A stretch of DNA of 64,000 bases from Bdellovibrionales bacterium (GTDB lineage: Bacteria > Bdellovibrionota > Bdellovibrionia > Bdellovibrionales > UBA1609): assembly GCA_965205945.1 (NCBI GenBank), contig CBDBIB010000003.1, positions 32,001-96,000 of the forward strand. The letters are read 5' to 3'. Positions 37,677-46,233 of the stretch are shown here, one piece after another. A model generated the notes under the pieces. The model worked only from the letters and a program-made list of their open reading frames with translations. It was not told where the DNA came from and did no database searches. The first letter of the stretch is position 1. Each line of letters begins with the position of its first letter. The position numbers were made by a program, and so were the translations under genes.

Positions 37677-39156
37677 TCTTTCTTTAATTGATTTATATTT
37701 AGTATCTCCAGGAATTTGTCTTTTTTTAAGTTCAATTTTAATATTGTTTATTAAAATTTTATCAAAAAATAAAGAACCTAAAAAAGGAATAACGGCAGGT
37801 TTTGCATTTGGAGGTGTTTTATCAGCTTGTTTGTTGAGCACATCTGTTTTTCAATCATTAGGTGGCAAACAGTTTTTTGCATTTAATAATGTTCTTATTT
37901 TTAGTCCTTTTACGTATTGGGTGGGAATGGCGCTTTTATTGGGGGCTGTTTTTTCCATAGTGCTTTTTAAAAAGAATAAAGGAATTAGAGGAGAGCAGTT
38001 TTCTGAATTTTTATTTTTATTTTTAAGCTCTGTATTGGGTGCTTTTGTTATTTTATGGAGTAATAATTTTTTAGTACTTTTTATAGGTATTCAACTAGTT
38101 GCCCTGCCTTTATATATCATGATTTTACTTGGTTGCCTTGATGCAAGTAAGAAAGAGTCTGTAGCAAAGTATTATATTTTAGATAGTGTAGTTTCAGCTT
38201 TTTTTCTTTTAGGACTTGTGTTGGTATACGGCTCTTTGATAGGACAATTTAAAGACGAAGTTTTTTTTAATATAGAGGGGCTTTTAGAGGTTTCTTTAAT
38301 CCTTATGAAGACAGATTATTTATTCTTGATTGGGTCAATATTTATGTTACTTTCAGCTCTTTTTAAATTAGGTGTTGTTCCTTTTCATAACTGGGTTTTA
38401 GATATATGTTATCAAGCCAATACAGCAGTAACATATTACATGATAACGGTTGTAAAAATCACAGCGATTCTTTTCATATTTAAACTAATGAGTGCAGGGT
38501 TTTTAATGGAAAATTATTTTTTTCAACAAACAATTCAGTGGATAGTGGTTTTATCAATGTTACTAGGTGCTCTTTTTGCTTGTTCTCAAGAAAGTGTTAA
38601 AAAAATATTTGTCTACTCAGGGTTAACTCAATTAAGTTATATGTTGATGCCTTTACTAGGTTACAGTTTTGATGGAAAAGGTAGCGTGGATGCTCTTGTT
38701 TTTTATTTTTTCTCATATATCTTTTTTTTAGGCTTAGTTTTTTATATCCTTCAAAAACTTGAAGAACAAAAAGGGGCTGATGTGATAGTTTCTGATTTAA
38801 TAGGTTTACATCAAAGGTGGCCTAAAGAATCCTTAGTACTCTTATTAGGTATTTTAGGCTTATCAGGAATGCCTCCATTAGTAGGCTTTATTACTAGAGT
38901 TTATATCATTAAAACTTCTATAGAAACGGGTTTTTATTGGGTTTCTTTTTGGGCTTTGTTAGCTAGCGCGATGAGTATGGTTTATTATTTAAAAATAATA
39001 AACAAAATTTTTATCTATGATTTTAATCAACAGCTTCATATTTTATGGGAGAATCGTTTAGTTCAAAAAACTTTTTGTATTAAAGGGGTTTTATCGTTAT
39101 CAATCCTTGTGGGGGTTTCAGTAATATCGATTTATTATTTTCCTTTAAATTCATAG
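37657..39156 (+). CDS. nuoN: NADH-quinone oxidoreductase subunit N (degenerate charged residues)
   Basis: FKLGVVPFHNW, LSGMPPLVGF, SMVYYLKII. Confidence 0.92.
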   Translation: MIMLFNSLSLIDLYLVSPGICLFLSSILILFIKILSKNKEPKKGITAGFAFGGVLSACLLSTSVFQSLGGKQFFAFNNVLIFSPFTYWVGMALLLGAVFSIVLFKKNKGIRGEQFSEFLFLFLSSVLGAFVILWSNNFLVLFIGIQLVALPLYIMILLGCLDASKKESVAKYYILDSVVSAFFLLGLVLVYGSLIGQFKDEVFFNIEGLLEVSLILMKTDYLFLIGSIFMLLSALFKLGVVPFHNWVLDICYQANTAVTYYMITVVKITAILFIFKLMSAGFLMENYFFQQTIQWIVVLSMLLGALFACSQESVKKIFVYSGLTQLSYMLMPLLGYSFDGKGSVDALVFYFFSYIFFLGLVFYILQKLEEQKGADVIVSDLIGLHQRWPKESLVLLLGILGLSGMPPLVGFITRVYIIKTSIETGFYWVSFWALLASAMSMVYYLKIINKIFIYDFNQQLHILWENRLVQKTFCIKGVLSLSILVGVSVISIYYFPLNS

Positions 39157-40373
39157 CCTCTAAGACTGTTCATTGCAGCTTTAAAGCCAACAGTGATAAT
39201 CTTATTTAAGACCTTAGGTTTTAAGGAAAAATGATCGGCAGAAAACATTTCATAATCTTGTGAACTCGGATTAATATATAAAATTTTAGTATTGCGATCA
39301 GGAAAAAACTTTTTTTCAAAAAACTTTAGAGTTTTCTTTGCATCAGCTTTTGTCATTGTTTTTAATAAAGTCTCTTCAAGAGAATCAAAAAGCTCTCTAA
39401 GCTTATCTTTAGAATCAATATGGTTAACGATTTTATGTTGAATCATTTGATAGAGGGCTTGGTTTAAAATTACAGGTAGTCCGTAGGTATCTAAAGAACC
39501 GAATTCTTTATTCATTCCATAAGGCTGCATGGAATAAGACACAATGACTAAGTCTGAATTTTGTTCAAGAGCAATATGAGAGCTTAAAGAATCCCTAATT
39601 TCACCATCAAAAAAGAGTTCATCGTTAATTTTTATAGGTGCAAAAATTAGAGGAAGAGCTGTAGAGGCTGTTATGGCAGTGGCTACATCAACACTAGTTA
39701 TATAGTTAGTGTCTTTTCTCATGCTTTTAATTCCATCATTTAAAGTGTATTTAGAGAAAATAGCTTTTTTAGGTTGGTTTAGATATGTTGCAACAATAAA
39801 CAAATCTGCAGCAAGATCTTGAAAGTTTGTAGATTTAGAGTTTAATACGACCGTTCGAAAGTAATCGCCTAGTCCTTTGGTTGAGAAAAAACCGTTAATT
39901 TTAAAAGTTTTTTTAAGTAAGCTTTCAATGCCATTCCAACTTATAGTGTCATTTGAAAAAAGACTGGGTATCCATGTAAATGGAGAGGGAGTGGCTAAGT
40001 TGATACTGAATACGTTTTTATACTTTATAGGGGTAAGCTTATGATTAGGCTCTAAATTTTTTAAATCTAGAATATCAAGGTTATGCTTACCTTGAGTAAA
40101 AGCAAAGATGATATCTTCTACGGAAAAGCCTGCTGCAAAAAATGTAGCAATTACAGAACCCGCACTTGTTCCAATATATCTTTTAAAAGCTAGAGGGTTC
40201 TCATTTATATCCTGATTGTTTCCTATTGAGAAACCTTTAATTTGTAGAGCTAGAGCTACACCAATATGGAATGCTGCGGCTTTTATGCCACCACCGCTTA
40301 ATACAAGAGAGGGGTTTGAACATTTTATAGTGGTCATAAAAGAGAGTTTGAACTTTTGTATGTGAATATTCAA
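39135..40373 (-). CDS. Patatin-like phospholipase (start may be ATG 40337)
   Basis: SGGGIKA, GTSAGS, DGE motifs. Confidence 0.92.
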   Translation of the reverse strand: MNIHIQKFKLSFMTTIKCSNPSLVLSGGGIKAAAFHIGVALALQIKGFSIGNNQDINENPLAFKRYIGTSAGSVIATFFAAGFSVEDIIFAFTQGKHNLDILDLKNLEPNHKLTPIKYKNVFSINLATPSPFTWIPSLFSNDTISWNGIESLLKKTFKINGFFSTKGLGDYFRTVVLNSKSTNFQDLAADLFIVATYLNQPKKAIFSKYTLNDGIKSMRKDTNYITSVDVATAITASTALPLIFAPIKINDELFFDGEIRDSLSSHIALEQNSDLVIVSYSMQPYGMNKEFGSLDTYGLPVILNQALYQMIQHKIVNHIDSKDKLRELFDSLEETLLKTMTKADAKKTLKFFEKKFFPDRNTKILYINPSSQDYEMFSADHFSLKPKVLNKIITVGFKAAMNSLRGYEFKGK

Positions 40374-40851
40374 GAAATTTTTTTTAATTTAAGTTCATTG
40401 GTTTAAGTTAGAAGGCATATGTAAGCGAAGGATTTAAAAAAGAGTAGTAGGAAAATAAGAAATAAGTTTTATAAATTTTGTACAATTAAATAAACAATTC
40501 TTAAACAAAATTCTATGAAAGTCTTTATTTAAAAGGAATTTTAATTTAAAGAGTTTTTTATAAGATTTGATATAAATATAATTTTTTTTATTTTTTAAAA
40601 TTAAAAAATAAGAGTAGGTTTATTTTAATTATAAAATTTATTTTAAAAGGCTTATTAGTATGGGTTTGCTTGCTTTTGAAAATTAAACACAGCGTTAAAG
40701 CCATGATCCTTATATAAGGCTAAAGTTAAGCTATTAGATAGATATAAAATAAATTAACTAAATTTAGGTTATATAGGTTAAAGTCCTGATTAGTCAGGGG
40801 CCTATTGTAAATAGTCATATGGGTGATAAAGTAAATAAGTCAGGAGGGTTA

Positions 40852-41370
40852 ATGAACTTTCAACTTTCTCTAACTGAGTATTCTGCAAAATATAAGGTGA
40901 GTATCTCTACTTTGCGCAGGAGAATTAAGAAAAGAGAACTTTTGTATGTTCAAGAGGCTGGAAAGTATATTCTTCCAGATATTCCTTATGACAAGCTTTT
41001 AGGTGACAGCATTGCCCACCCCACACGTAGCGTGACTGATCGCGGACCTGATATCGTTCCCTCACAAAAGACTAATCAAGCCGCGGTAGTTTCACCTTTA
41101 GAGTCTTTAGGTTTAGATTTGTCTTTTAAAAAAGAAAAAAATAATAAACCATTCTCTCAAACCACTAATGAGGTAAAATCAAAAGCTCTTATGGAATTAA
41201 AAAAAGCCTATACTTTGGTTTTAAGCGAAAAAGAAGAGCAAATTTTACAACTTAGGCAGCATATTAGTGATTTACAAACTTTAAATAAAGCCTTTGAAAA
41301 TGAAATACATAGGCTTGAACAAAAAAACTTAACAGGATTAAAAACATCTTTTATTAAGCACGCCTTCTAA
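40852..41370 (+). CDS. HTH DNA-binding protein with C-terminal coiled coil
   Basis: LSLTEYSAKYKVSISTLRRRIK HTH; heptad-rich C-terminus; ATG 40852 follows GGAGGG. Confidence 0.7.
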   Translation: MNFQLSLTEYSAKYKVSISTLRRRIKKRELLYVQEAGKYILPDIPYDKLLGDSIAHPTRSVTDRGPDIVPSQKTNQAAVVSPLESLGLDLSFKKEKNNKPFSQTTNEVKSKALMELKKAYTLVLSEKEEQILQLRQHISDLQTLNKAFENEIHRLEQKNLTGLKTSFIKHAF

Positions 41371-41475
41371 GTGTTCTAATATATTTATGTCATTATTGCA
41401 GCAAGTCTAAAGTCGTGTATATATGAACTATTAAAAATAAAAACTTAAGTTAAGCAGATATTTAAAGGGGGTAGA

Positions 41476-42777
41476 ATGCATAATGCACTATTTACAGGTA
41501 TAATACTTTTGCTATCAAGGTTTGCAATGGCAAACTATATTGGTAGTGAAGTTCAGTACTTTAATCCAACTTCAGATAATATGGATTTTTTTACAGTCTA
41601 CTCGCCAAGAGTTTTGCCTAAAGGGACATTAAAAACAACATTGTTTTTGGATCATGGAGAAAATATTCATTATTTACCTAATTTAAAAAACAAAGTGTTT
41701 CAATCTCAACTAGGCTTAGGTTTAGGTGTGACTGATAGAATGTCTTTTTCTATAGTTGGGCTAGGAATCTTAAATTATGATGATAAAGTTGGTGGGGCGT
41801 ATACAAAAGATAATTTTAATCATGTAAGAACGAGTTTAAAATACAGATTTTGTGAATGTGACAAAGGTGGATTTGCTGTTGTTACAAATTTAGGCTTTGG
41901 ATGTATAGATTCAGATTTTTTTGTTGGTGATGATAATGATTTTGGAGCTTCTATTATTTTTGTATATGATAAAAGACTTACGGATAGGGTGAGGTTTGGA
42001 GTAAATTTTGGTTATAGATATAGAAATTTTAAGGACACAAGGTCCACATCTTTAATATATAGGGATTTTACAACATCAAAAGACGGAAGTGATGTGCTTG
42101 TATCATTAGGTTTTAACACTTTATTAAGTAGAAAATGGACAACAATTTCTGAAATTTATATGAATTTACCGATTAATCAGTTTTTTGACTTTAGAGTTGA
42201 TAAGGGTACATATGATCAAAAGGGAGCTGAAGTTCTTCTAGGTGCTAATTATAACTTTACTCAAAAAGTAGACATTGGTTTTGGTGGAACAATAGGGGTT
42301 TTTTCTCAAGCACAAAATGTTGATTGGAGAGCATTTTTAGGAATAAGTTATGCTTTTAGAGGAGCTTTTAAAGATGCCGCCTTTAATCTTGCAGCAAACA
42401 CATCAGAGCCAGTATATGTTAAAGCACTAGTAAAAAAAATTGGCATAAAAGATGCTCCTGTTCAAAAAATTTTTAATATTAAGGCGCAATTTCTTTCTGG
42501 TAGCGCAAATTTAAATGATTTAGCAAAAAGGCAGCTTGATAAAAAAATTGGAACGTATTTAAAAGAGAATAACGATTATAAAATGATTTTTGTTCAAGGT
42601 TATAAAGATTTAGTAGGAAAGCAGGACTTTAATAAAGTTTTAAGCCAAGGTAGAGCTCAGGCTGTTAAAAACTACTTAGTTAGAGCGCATAAAGTTTTAA
42701 TCGATAAAATTCAAATAGTGGATTCTAATTCGATTAGAAAAGCTAAGAGCAGAAGAGTTATAATTAAAATCAAATAG
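41476..42777 (+). CDS. Outer-membrane beta-barrel plus OmpA-like C-terminal domain
   Basis: Signal peptide, beta-strand-rich N-terminal part, GYKD..G...N..LSQGRAQAV and SRRV. Confidence 0.82.
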   Translation: MHNALFTGIILLLSRFAMANYIGSEVQYFNPTSDNMDFFTVYSPRVLPKGTLKTTLFLDHGENIHYLPNLKNKVFQSQLGLGLGVTDRMSFSIVGLGILNYDDKVGGAYTKDNFNHVRTSLKYRFCECDKGGFAVVTNLGFGCIDSDFFVGDDNDFGASIIFVYDKRLTDRVRFGVNFGYRYRNFKDTRSTSLIYRDFTTSKDGSDVLVSLGFNTLLSRKWTTISEIYMNLPINQFFDFRVDKGTYDQKGAEVLLGANYNFTQKVDIGFGGTIGVFSQAQNVDWRAFLGISYAFRGAFKDAAFNLAANTSEPVYVKALVKKIGIKDAPVQKIFNIKAQFLSGSANLNDLAKRQLDKKIGTYLKENNDYKMIFVQGYKDLVGKQDFNKVLSQGRAQAVKNYLVRAHKVLIDKIQIVDSNSIRKAKSRRVIIKIK

Positions 42778-42906
42778 TTTTTTTATAATTAACTTATTTT
42801 AATACAAAAATTATTTAAATAAATCCTTTAAAATCTAAATCTGTCTTAATTTGATTCATTTAAGTGTCATTAATTTTGTATTAAATAAAGATAAAAAATT
42901 TTTAAT

Positions 42907-42934
42907 TAAAGAAAATCTTAAGAATGAACGATAA
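42907..42934 (+). promoter_or_regulatory. Sigma28 (FliA)-like promoter upstream of flp
   Basis: TAAA-N16-AACGATAA. Confidence 0.55.
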
Positions 42935-42988
42935 GAGGTATGAGATAATACTTGTAAGATATTTAATTATTTGTAAGGGGGAAGGATA

Positions 42989-43186
42989 ATGAAAAAGATT
43001 ACACAAGGATTTAAAAAAGCGGTCGTGAATTTTTGGAAGGATGAAGATGCACAGGGAATGATAGAGTATATTCTTATTCTTGTAGCAGTGGTTGGCATTG
43101 TAACTTTCGCAGGCGGTGCCATTAAAAGAGCGGTTACCGGCAAAGCTACCGGTTTAGGGGATAAAATCAATGGTGCTGATTTTTAG
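42989..43186 (+). CDS. flp: Flp family (Tad) major pilin
   Basis: Short leader, then QGMIEYILIL Flp motif and a hydrophobic helix; 65 aa. Confidence 0.92.
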   Translation: MKKITQGFKKAVVNFWKDEDAQGMIEYILILVAVVGIVTFAGGAIKRAVTGKATGLGDKINGADF

Positions 43187-43189
43187 TAA

Positions 43190-43411
43190 ATGACACTAGA
43201 ACTTGTACTTTTAATATCTTTTGTAGGGCTTATAATAACCTCCGCAATGATGGGTGAGAATGGACTTACGGCTCAGTTTCGTAATTCTGGACCTATGCTT
43301 GCAATTCGTATGGAAAAAAGAATGACTACAGGAAAATGTTTTCATGTGCCTGTGGGCGGAGGCAAGCCATGTAATCATATGTTATTTAACGGAGCCTCAA
43401 AAATAAAGTAA
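43190..43411 (+). CDS. Second Flp/TadE-like pilin
   Basis: TLELVLLISFVGLII pilin-like helix; C-terminal Cys pair; immediately after flp. Confidence 0.6.
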   Translation: MTLELVLLISFVGLIITSAMMGENGLTAQFRNSGPMLAIRMEKRMTTGKCFHVPVGGGKPCNHMLFNGASKIK

Positions 43412-43431
43412 ATGTTGTTTTATGACGATAT
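43404..43431 (+). promoter_or_regulatory. Sigma28-like promoter, 7 nt before the prepilin peptidase ATG
   Basis: TAAA-N16-GACGATAT-N7-ATG, no SD sequence. Confidence 0.55.
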
Positions 43432-43438
43432 ATAATTT

Positions 43439-43951
43439 ATGTTTGAGTCATTACAGATTTATGTATCCTATATTATATTTACTGTGATTCTTTTAGAGTT
43501 GATTTTTGCTGTTTATCTAGATTTAGCAACAGCAAAATTTCCAAATAAACTTTTTATTGTTTACCTAAGTGTTAATACAATTTTATTTATTTTACTTCAT
43601 GGATTATCAGGCATGGGTATAAGTCTTATGACTTTTGGAATTGCAATTTTATTACTTATTCCCATATATTTTACAAAAATATTAGGAGGGGGAGATATTA
43701 AGTTAATACTCTCAATTTCTCCAGCATTGTTAATGGATGAATTTATTAGTTTTCTTTTCATGTCATTTTTATGGGCTGGATTATTTGGTTTATTAAGAAG
43801 TCTTCTTGGGGGAAACTTAAGAGCACTTTTAATGAATACATTTTTTGTTTTTAAAAAAGTTACAGTAGCAGAAGATATGATGCCATTTACAGTGGGGATT
43901 TTACTTGGTTGGTGTTCATATAAATCTATTTTAGGGTTGGGGTTTATATGA
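43439..43951 (+). CDS. cpaA: A24 prepilin peptidase (TadV/CpaA)
   Basis: YLDL...KFPN and GGGDIKL aspartate motifs; multi-TM. Confidence 0.9.
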   Translation: MFESLQIYVSYIIFTVILLELIFAVYLDLATAKFPNKLFIVYLSVNTILFILLHGLSGMGISLMTFGIAILLLIPIYFTKILGGGDIKLILSISPALLMDEFISFLFMSFLWAGLFGLLRSLLGGNLRALLMNTFFVFKKVTVAEDMMPFTVGILLGWCSYKSILGLGFI

Positions 43952-44211
43952 GCAAAATAAACTTAAAAAATAGATATAAAGAATCTGGACAATTTATGCT
44001 TGAAGCTATTTTATTAATGATCTTATTTTTAGGAGTTACAGTAATTTTAAAGAAAAAATTTGATGAGAAAAATATTCTAGGTTTACTCGTAGCAAAACCA
44101 TGGGAGCAGATATCTGGAATGATGTCACATGGTTTTTGGAAATCTGAGTCTTTTAGTCCTGATCTACATCCTCAAGCGCTACAATTATCAAGAGCAGGAG
44201 ATTCTCAGTGA
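43948..44211 (+). CDS. TadE-like pseudopilin
   Basis: SG^QFMLEAILL class III signal. Confidence 0.75.
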   Translation: MSKINLKNRYKESGQFMLEAILLMILFLGVTVILKKKFDEKNILGLLVAKPWEQISGMMSHGFWKSESFSPDLHPQALQLSRAGDSQ

Positions 44212-44810
44212 AGAATTTAAAAGATCAAGAAGGTATTTTAACTCTTGATTTTATTTTTTCTATTATGGCTATGTATACTATTAGTATGGTTTTTGCGCTT
44301 TTAGCAGTCACTTTAATGTTTTCAACAGTAAGTCAGTATGTTGCATTTTCAATGTCTAGAGCTCATATTTCAGGACAGATTAGTATTAATGATCAACAAG
44401 AAGCTATGCAAAGACAAATGGAAAAAATAATGAACAAGCCGTTATTTAAAAAATTATTAAAACAAACCAAAGGTGGTTGGTTTCAGTTAGAATCTCAGGG
44501 TTCAGCTAGGGATCATTTTGATCTAACTAGAAGCTCAATACATAGAGCCTATGGTGTAAAGTTAAAATATACATCTTACCTGCTTAAAAATTTTAAATTG
44601 CCTTTATTAGGAAATATTAGTGATGGAGCTACTGGTCAATTTGGAGAAGCAAATATTTATAGTTTTTTATATAGAGAGCCTACCACAGAAGAGTGTTTAG
44701 CTTTTAACAAAGCTAGGTGGAGTGTTCTTAAGGAAAGATTTCCTCAAATAAAAACAATGCCAAACTTTATGGATCAAGATTATGGAGCAGCAGCGGACAA
44801 TGGTTGTTAA
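44208..44810 (+). CDS. TadE/TadG-like pseudopilin
   Basis: EG^ILTLDF plus hydrophobic helix; C-terminal DNGC. Confidence 0.7.
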   Translation: MKNLKDQEGILTLDFIFSIMAMYTISMVFALLAVTLMFSTVSQYVAFSMSRAHISGQISINDQQEAMQRQMEKIMNKPLFKKLLKQTKGGWFQLESQGSARDHFDLTRSSIHRAYGVKLKYTSYLLKNFKLPLLGNISDGATGQFGEANIYSFLYREPTTEECLAFNKARWSVLKERFPQIKTMPNFMDQDYGAAADNGC

Positions 44811-44878
44811 GTGATTTTAAAGTGTTGCTAAAAAGTTGCAGCTTAGAGGTCTAGATTTATAAATAAAGTACAGATATT

Positions 44879-44906
44879 TAAAGAAAAACTTTTTAAATAC
44901 CGATTT
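44879..44906 (+). promoter_or_regulatory. Sigma28-like promoter
   Basis: TAAA-N16-ACCGATTT, 6 nt before GTG 44913. Confidence 0.55.
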
Positions 44907-44912
44907 TAAAGG

Positions 44913-45401
44913 GTGAAAAAAGATAGAAAAATTTTTCCAAAAATTAGAAAAAATGAAAAAGGTATGTCTTTACTTGAAAGTCTTCCTTTAATATTGGTTC
45001 TTGCAAGTTTAATAGGGTTTTTACTTGGGCTATGGGGGATGACACATAAAAGTATTCTACATTCAATTGCAGCAAGAAATAATGCGTTTAGAGTATTTAA
45101 TCATAGAGCAAATTTAATATACTATAGTGATACCGATAAAGAGGAGCACTCATATTTAATAAGTGGACTTAGATTTTTTACAGTGGCTGAAAAACCTTCT
45201 GGTAGTGACGGATTTTATGCGTTTACAACACCTATGAGGTTTCCATCAGAAGAGCCAGTGAACGAGCCTTCTCAACTACATACAACAAGAATTTGGGAAG
45301 AGGGAAGAATTCCTATTAATAATGAGGCAATATTAGGAACTAAACAGCCATGGATTATGGTTGCATATGGAATTTGTTTAAATTCAGGGTGTGGGGAGTA
45401 A
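44913..45401 (+). CDS. TadE-like pseudopilin
   Basis: KG^MSLLES plus TM, AAR motif, terminal GICLNSGC. Confidence 0.75.
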   Translation: MKKDRKIFPKIRKNEKGMSLLESLPLILVLASLIGFLLGLWGMTHKSILHSIAARNNAFRVFNHRANLIYYSDTDKEEHSYLISGLRFFTVAEKPSGSDGFYAFTTPMRFPSEEPVNEPSQLHTTRIWEEGRIPINNEAILGTKQPWIMVAYGICLNSGCGE

Positions 45402-45406
45402 GTAAG

Positions 45407-46231
45407 ATGAATCAAGAAAGTAAGAACTTATGGATGGCCGTTATTTTTGCTGTAGTAGCAGCAGGGCTTCTTTATAGTCATATTCAAGAAAAAAATAAAG
45501 AAGTGACTAAAAAATATGGAGCTAAGACTACAGTTGTTTTTGCAAAAGTAGGTATTAATGAGATGGCACCAATTAATGAAACTCAAGTTGAACTTAAACA
45601 AATGCCTATTGAATTTATTTCTCCGAGTTCTATACAAGATCCTAATGAAATTATAGGTATGGTGGCGTTGGTTTCTTTTAAAGCTGGGGAACAGATTTTA
45701 AGGAATAAGATTACAAGGCCTTCGCCATTAACAGGGCTTTCTATTCAAGTTTCTCCAGGAAAAAGAGCTATTACTATACCTGTTGATGATATGAGGGCAG
45801 TAGCAAAGCTTTTAAAACCAGGAGATCGTGTTGATATTCTTGCAGCAGTATCAGTTGGTTCAGGTCAAAATAGAAGAAAAGAAGTTAAGCCTCTTATGCA
45901 AAGTGTTCCAATACTAGCTACGGGTGTTCAAATAACAAATGAGCTTCCTGTTTTATATGAGAAAAATAAAAAAGGAGATGCTGTTATTATTAAAAATTTA
46001 ACAAGAAATATAAACTTTAATAGTGTTACTATTGAGGCTAGTCCAATAGAGGCTCAGAAAATCTTTTTTATTCTTAATCAGAATCCAAAGGATTTGATGA
46101 TGGTTTTAAGGCACCCATCAGATACAGGCCCAACCTCGGTTAGAAGTACAACTTCACAGAGTATTTTAGGAAGAAGGCTTCCTGCAGGAGACAATAAAAA
46201 AACACAAACAGGTACAAGAGGTTTTAGATAA
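45407..46231 (+). CDS. cpaB: Flp pilus assembly protein CpaB/RcpC
   Basis: N-terminal TM, SAF-like region, GKRAITIPV..LKPGDRVDIL; start at ATG 45407. Confidence 0.92.
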   Translation: MNQESKNLWMAVIFAVVAAGLLYSHIQEKNKEVTKKYGAKTTVVFAKVGINEMAPINETQVELKQMPIEFISPSSIQDPNEIIGMVALVSFKAGEQILRNKITRPSPLTGLSIQVSPGKRAITIPVDDMRAVAKLLKPGDRVDILAAVSVGSGQNRRKEVKPLMQSVPILATGVQITNELPVLYEKNKKGDAVIIKNLTRNINFNSVTIEASPIEAQKIFFILNQNPKDLMMVLRHPSDTGPTSVRSTTSQSILGRRLPAGDNKKTQTGTRGFR

Positions 46232-46233
46232 AA

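Noticed and set aside
40374..40780. Long intergenic region as a possible ncRNA or CRISPR array
   Set aside because: Extremely AT-rich, with no spaced direct repeats or stable GC stems; no CRISPR array or cas gene seen anywhere in the window
41455..44883. 13-mer CAGATATTTAAAG upstream of both the OmpA gene and the 44913 pseudopilin
   Set aside because: Also occurs inside the mnmE coding sequence near 17280; plausible by chance in AT-rich DNA
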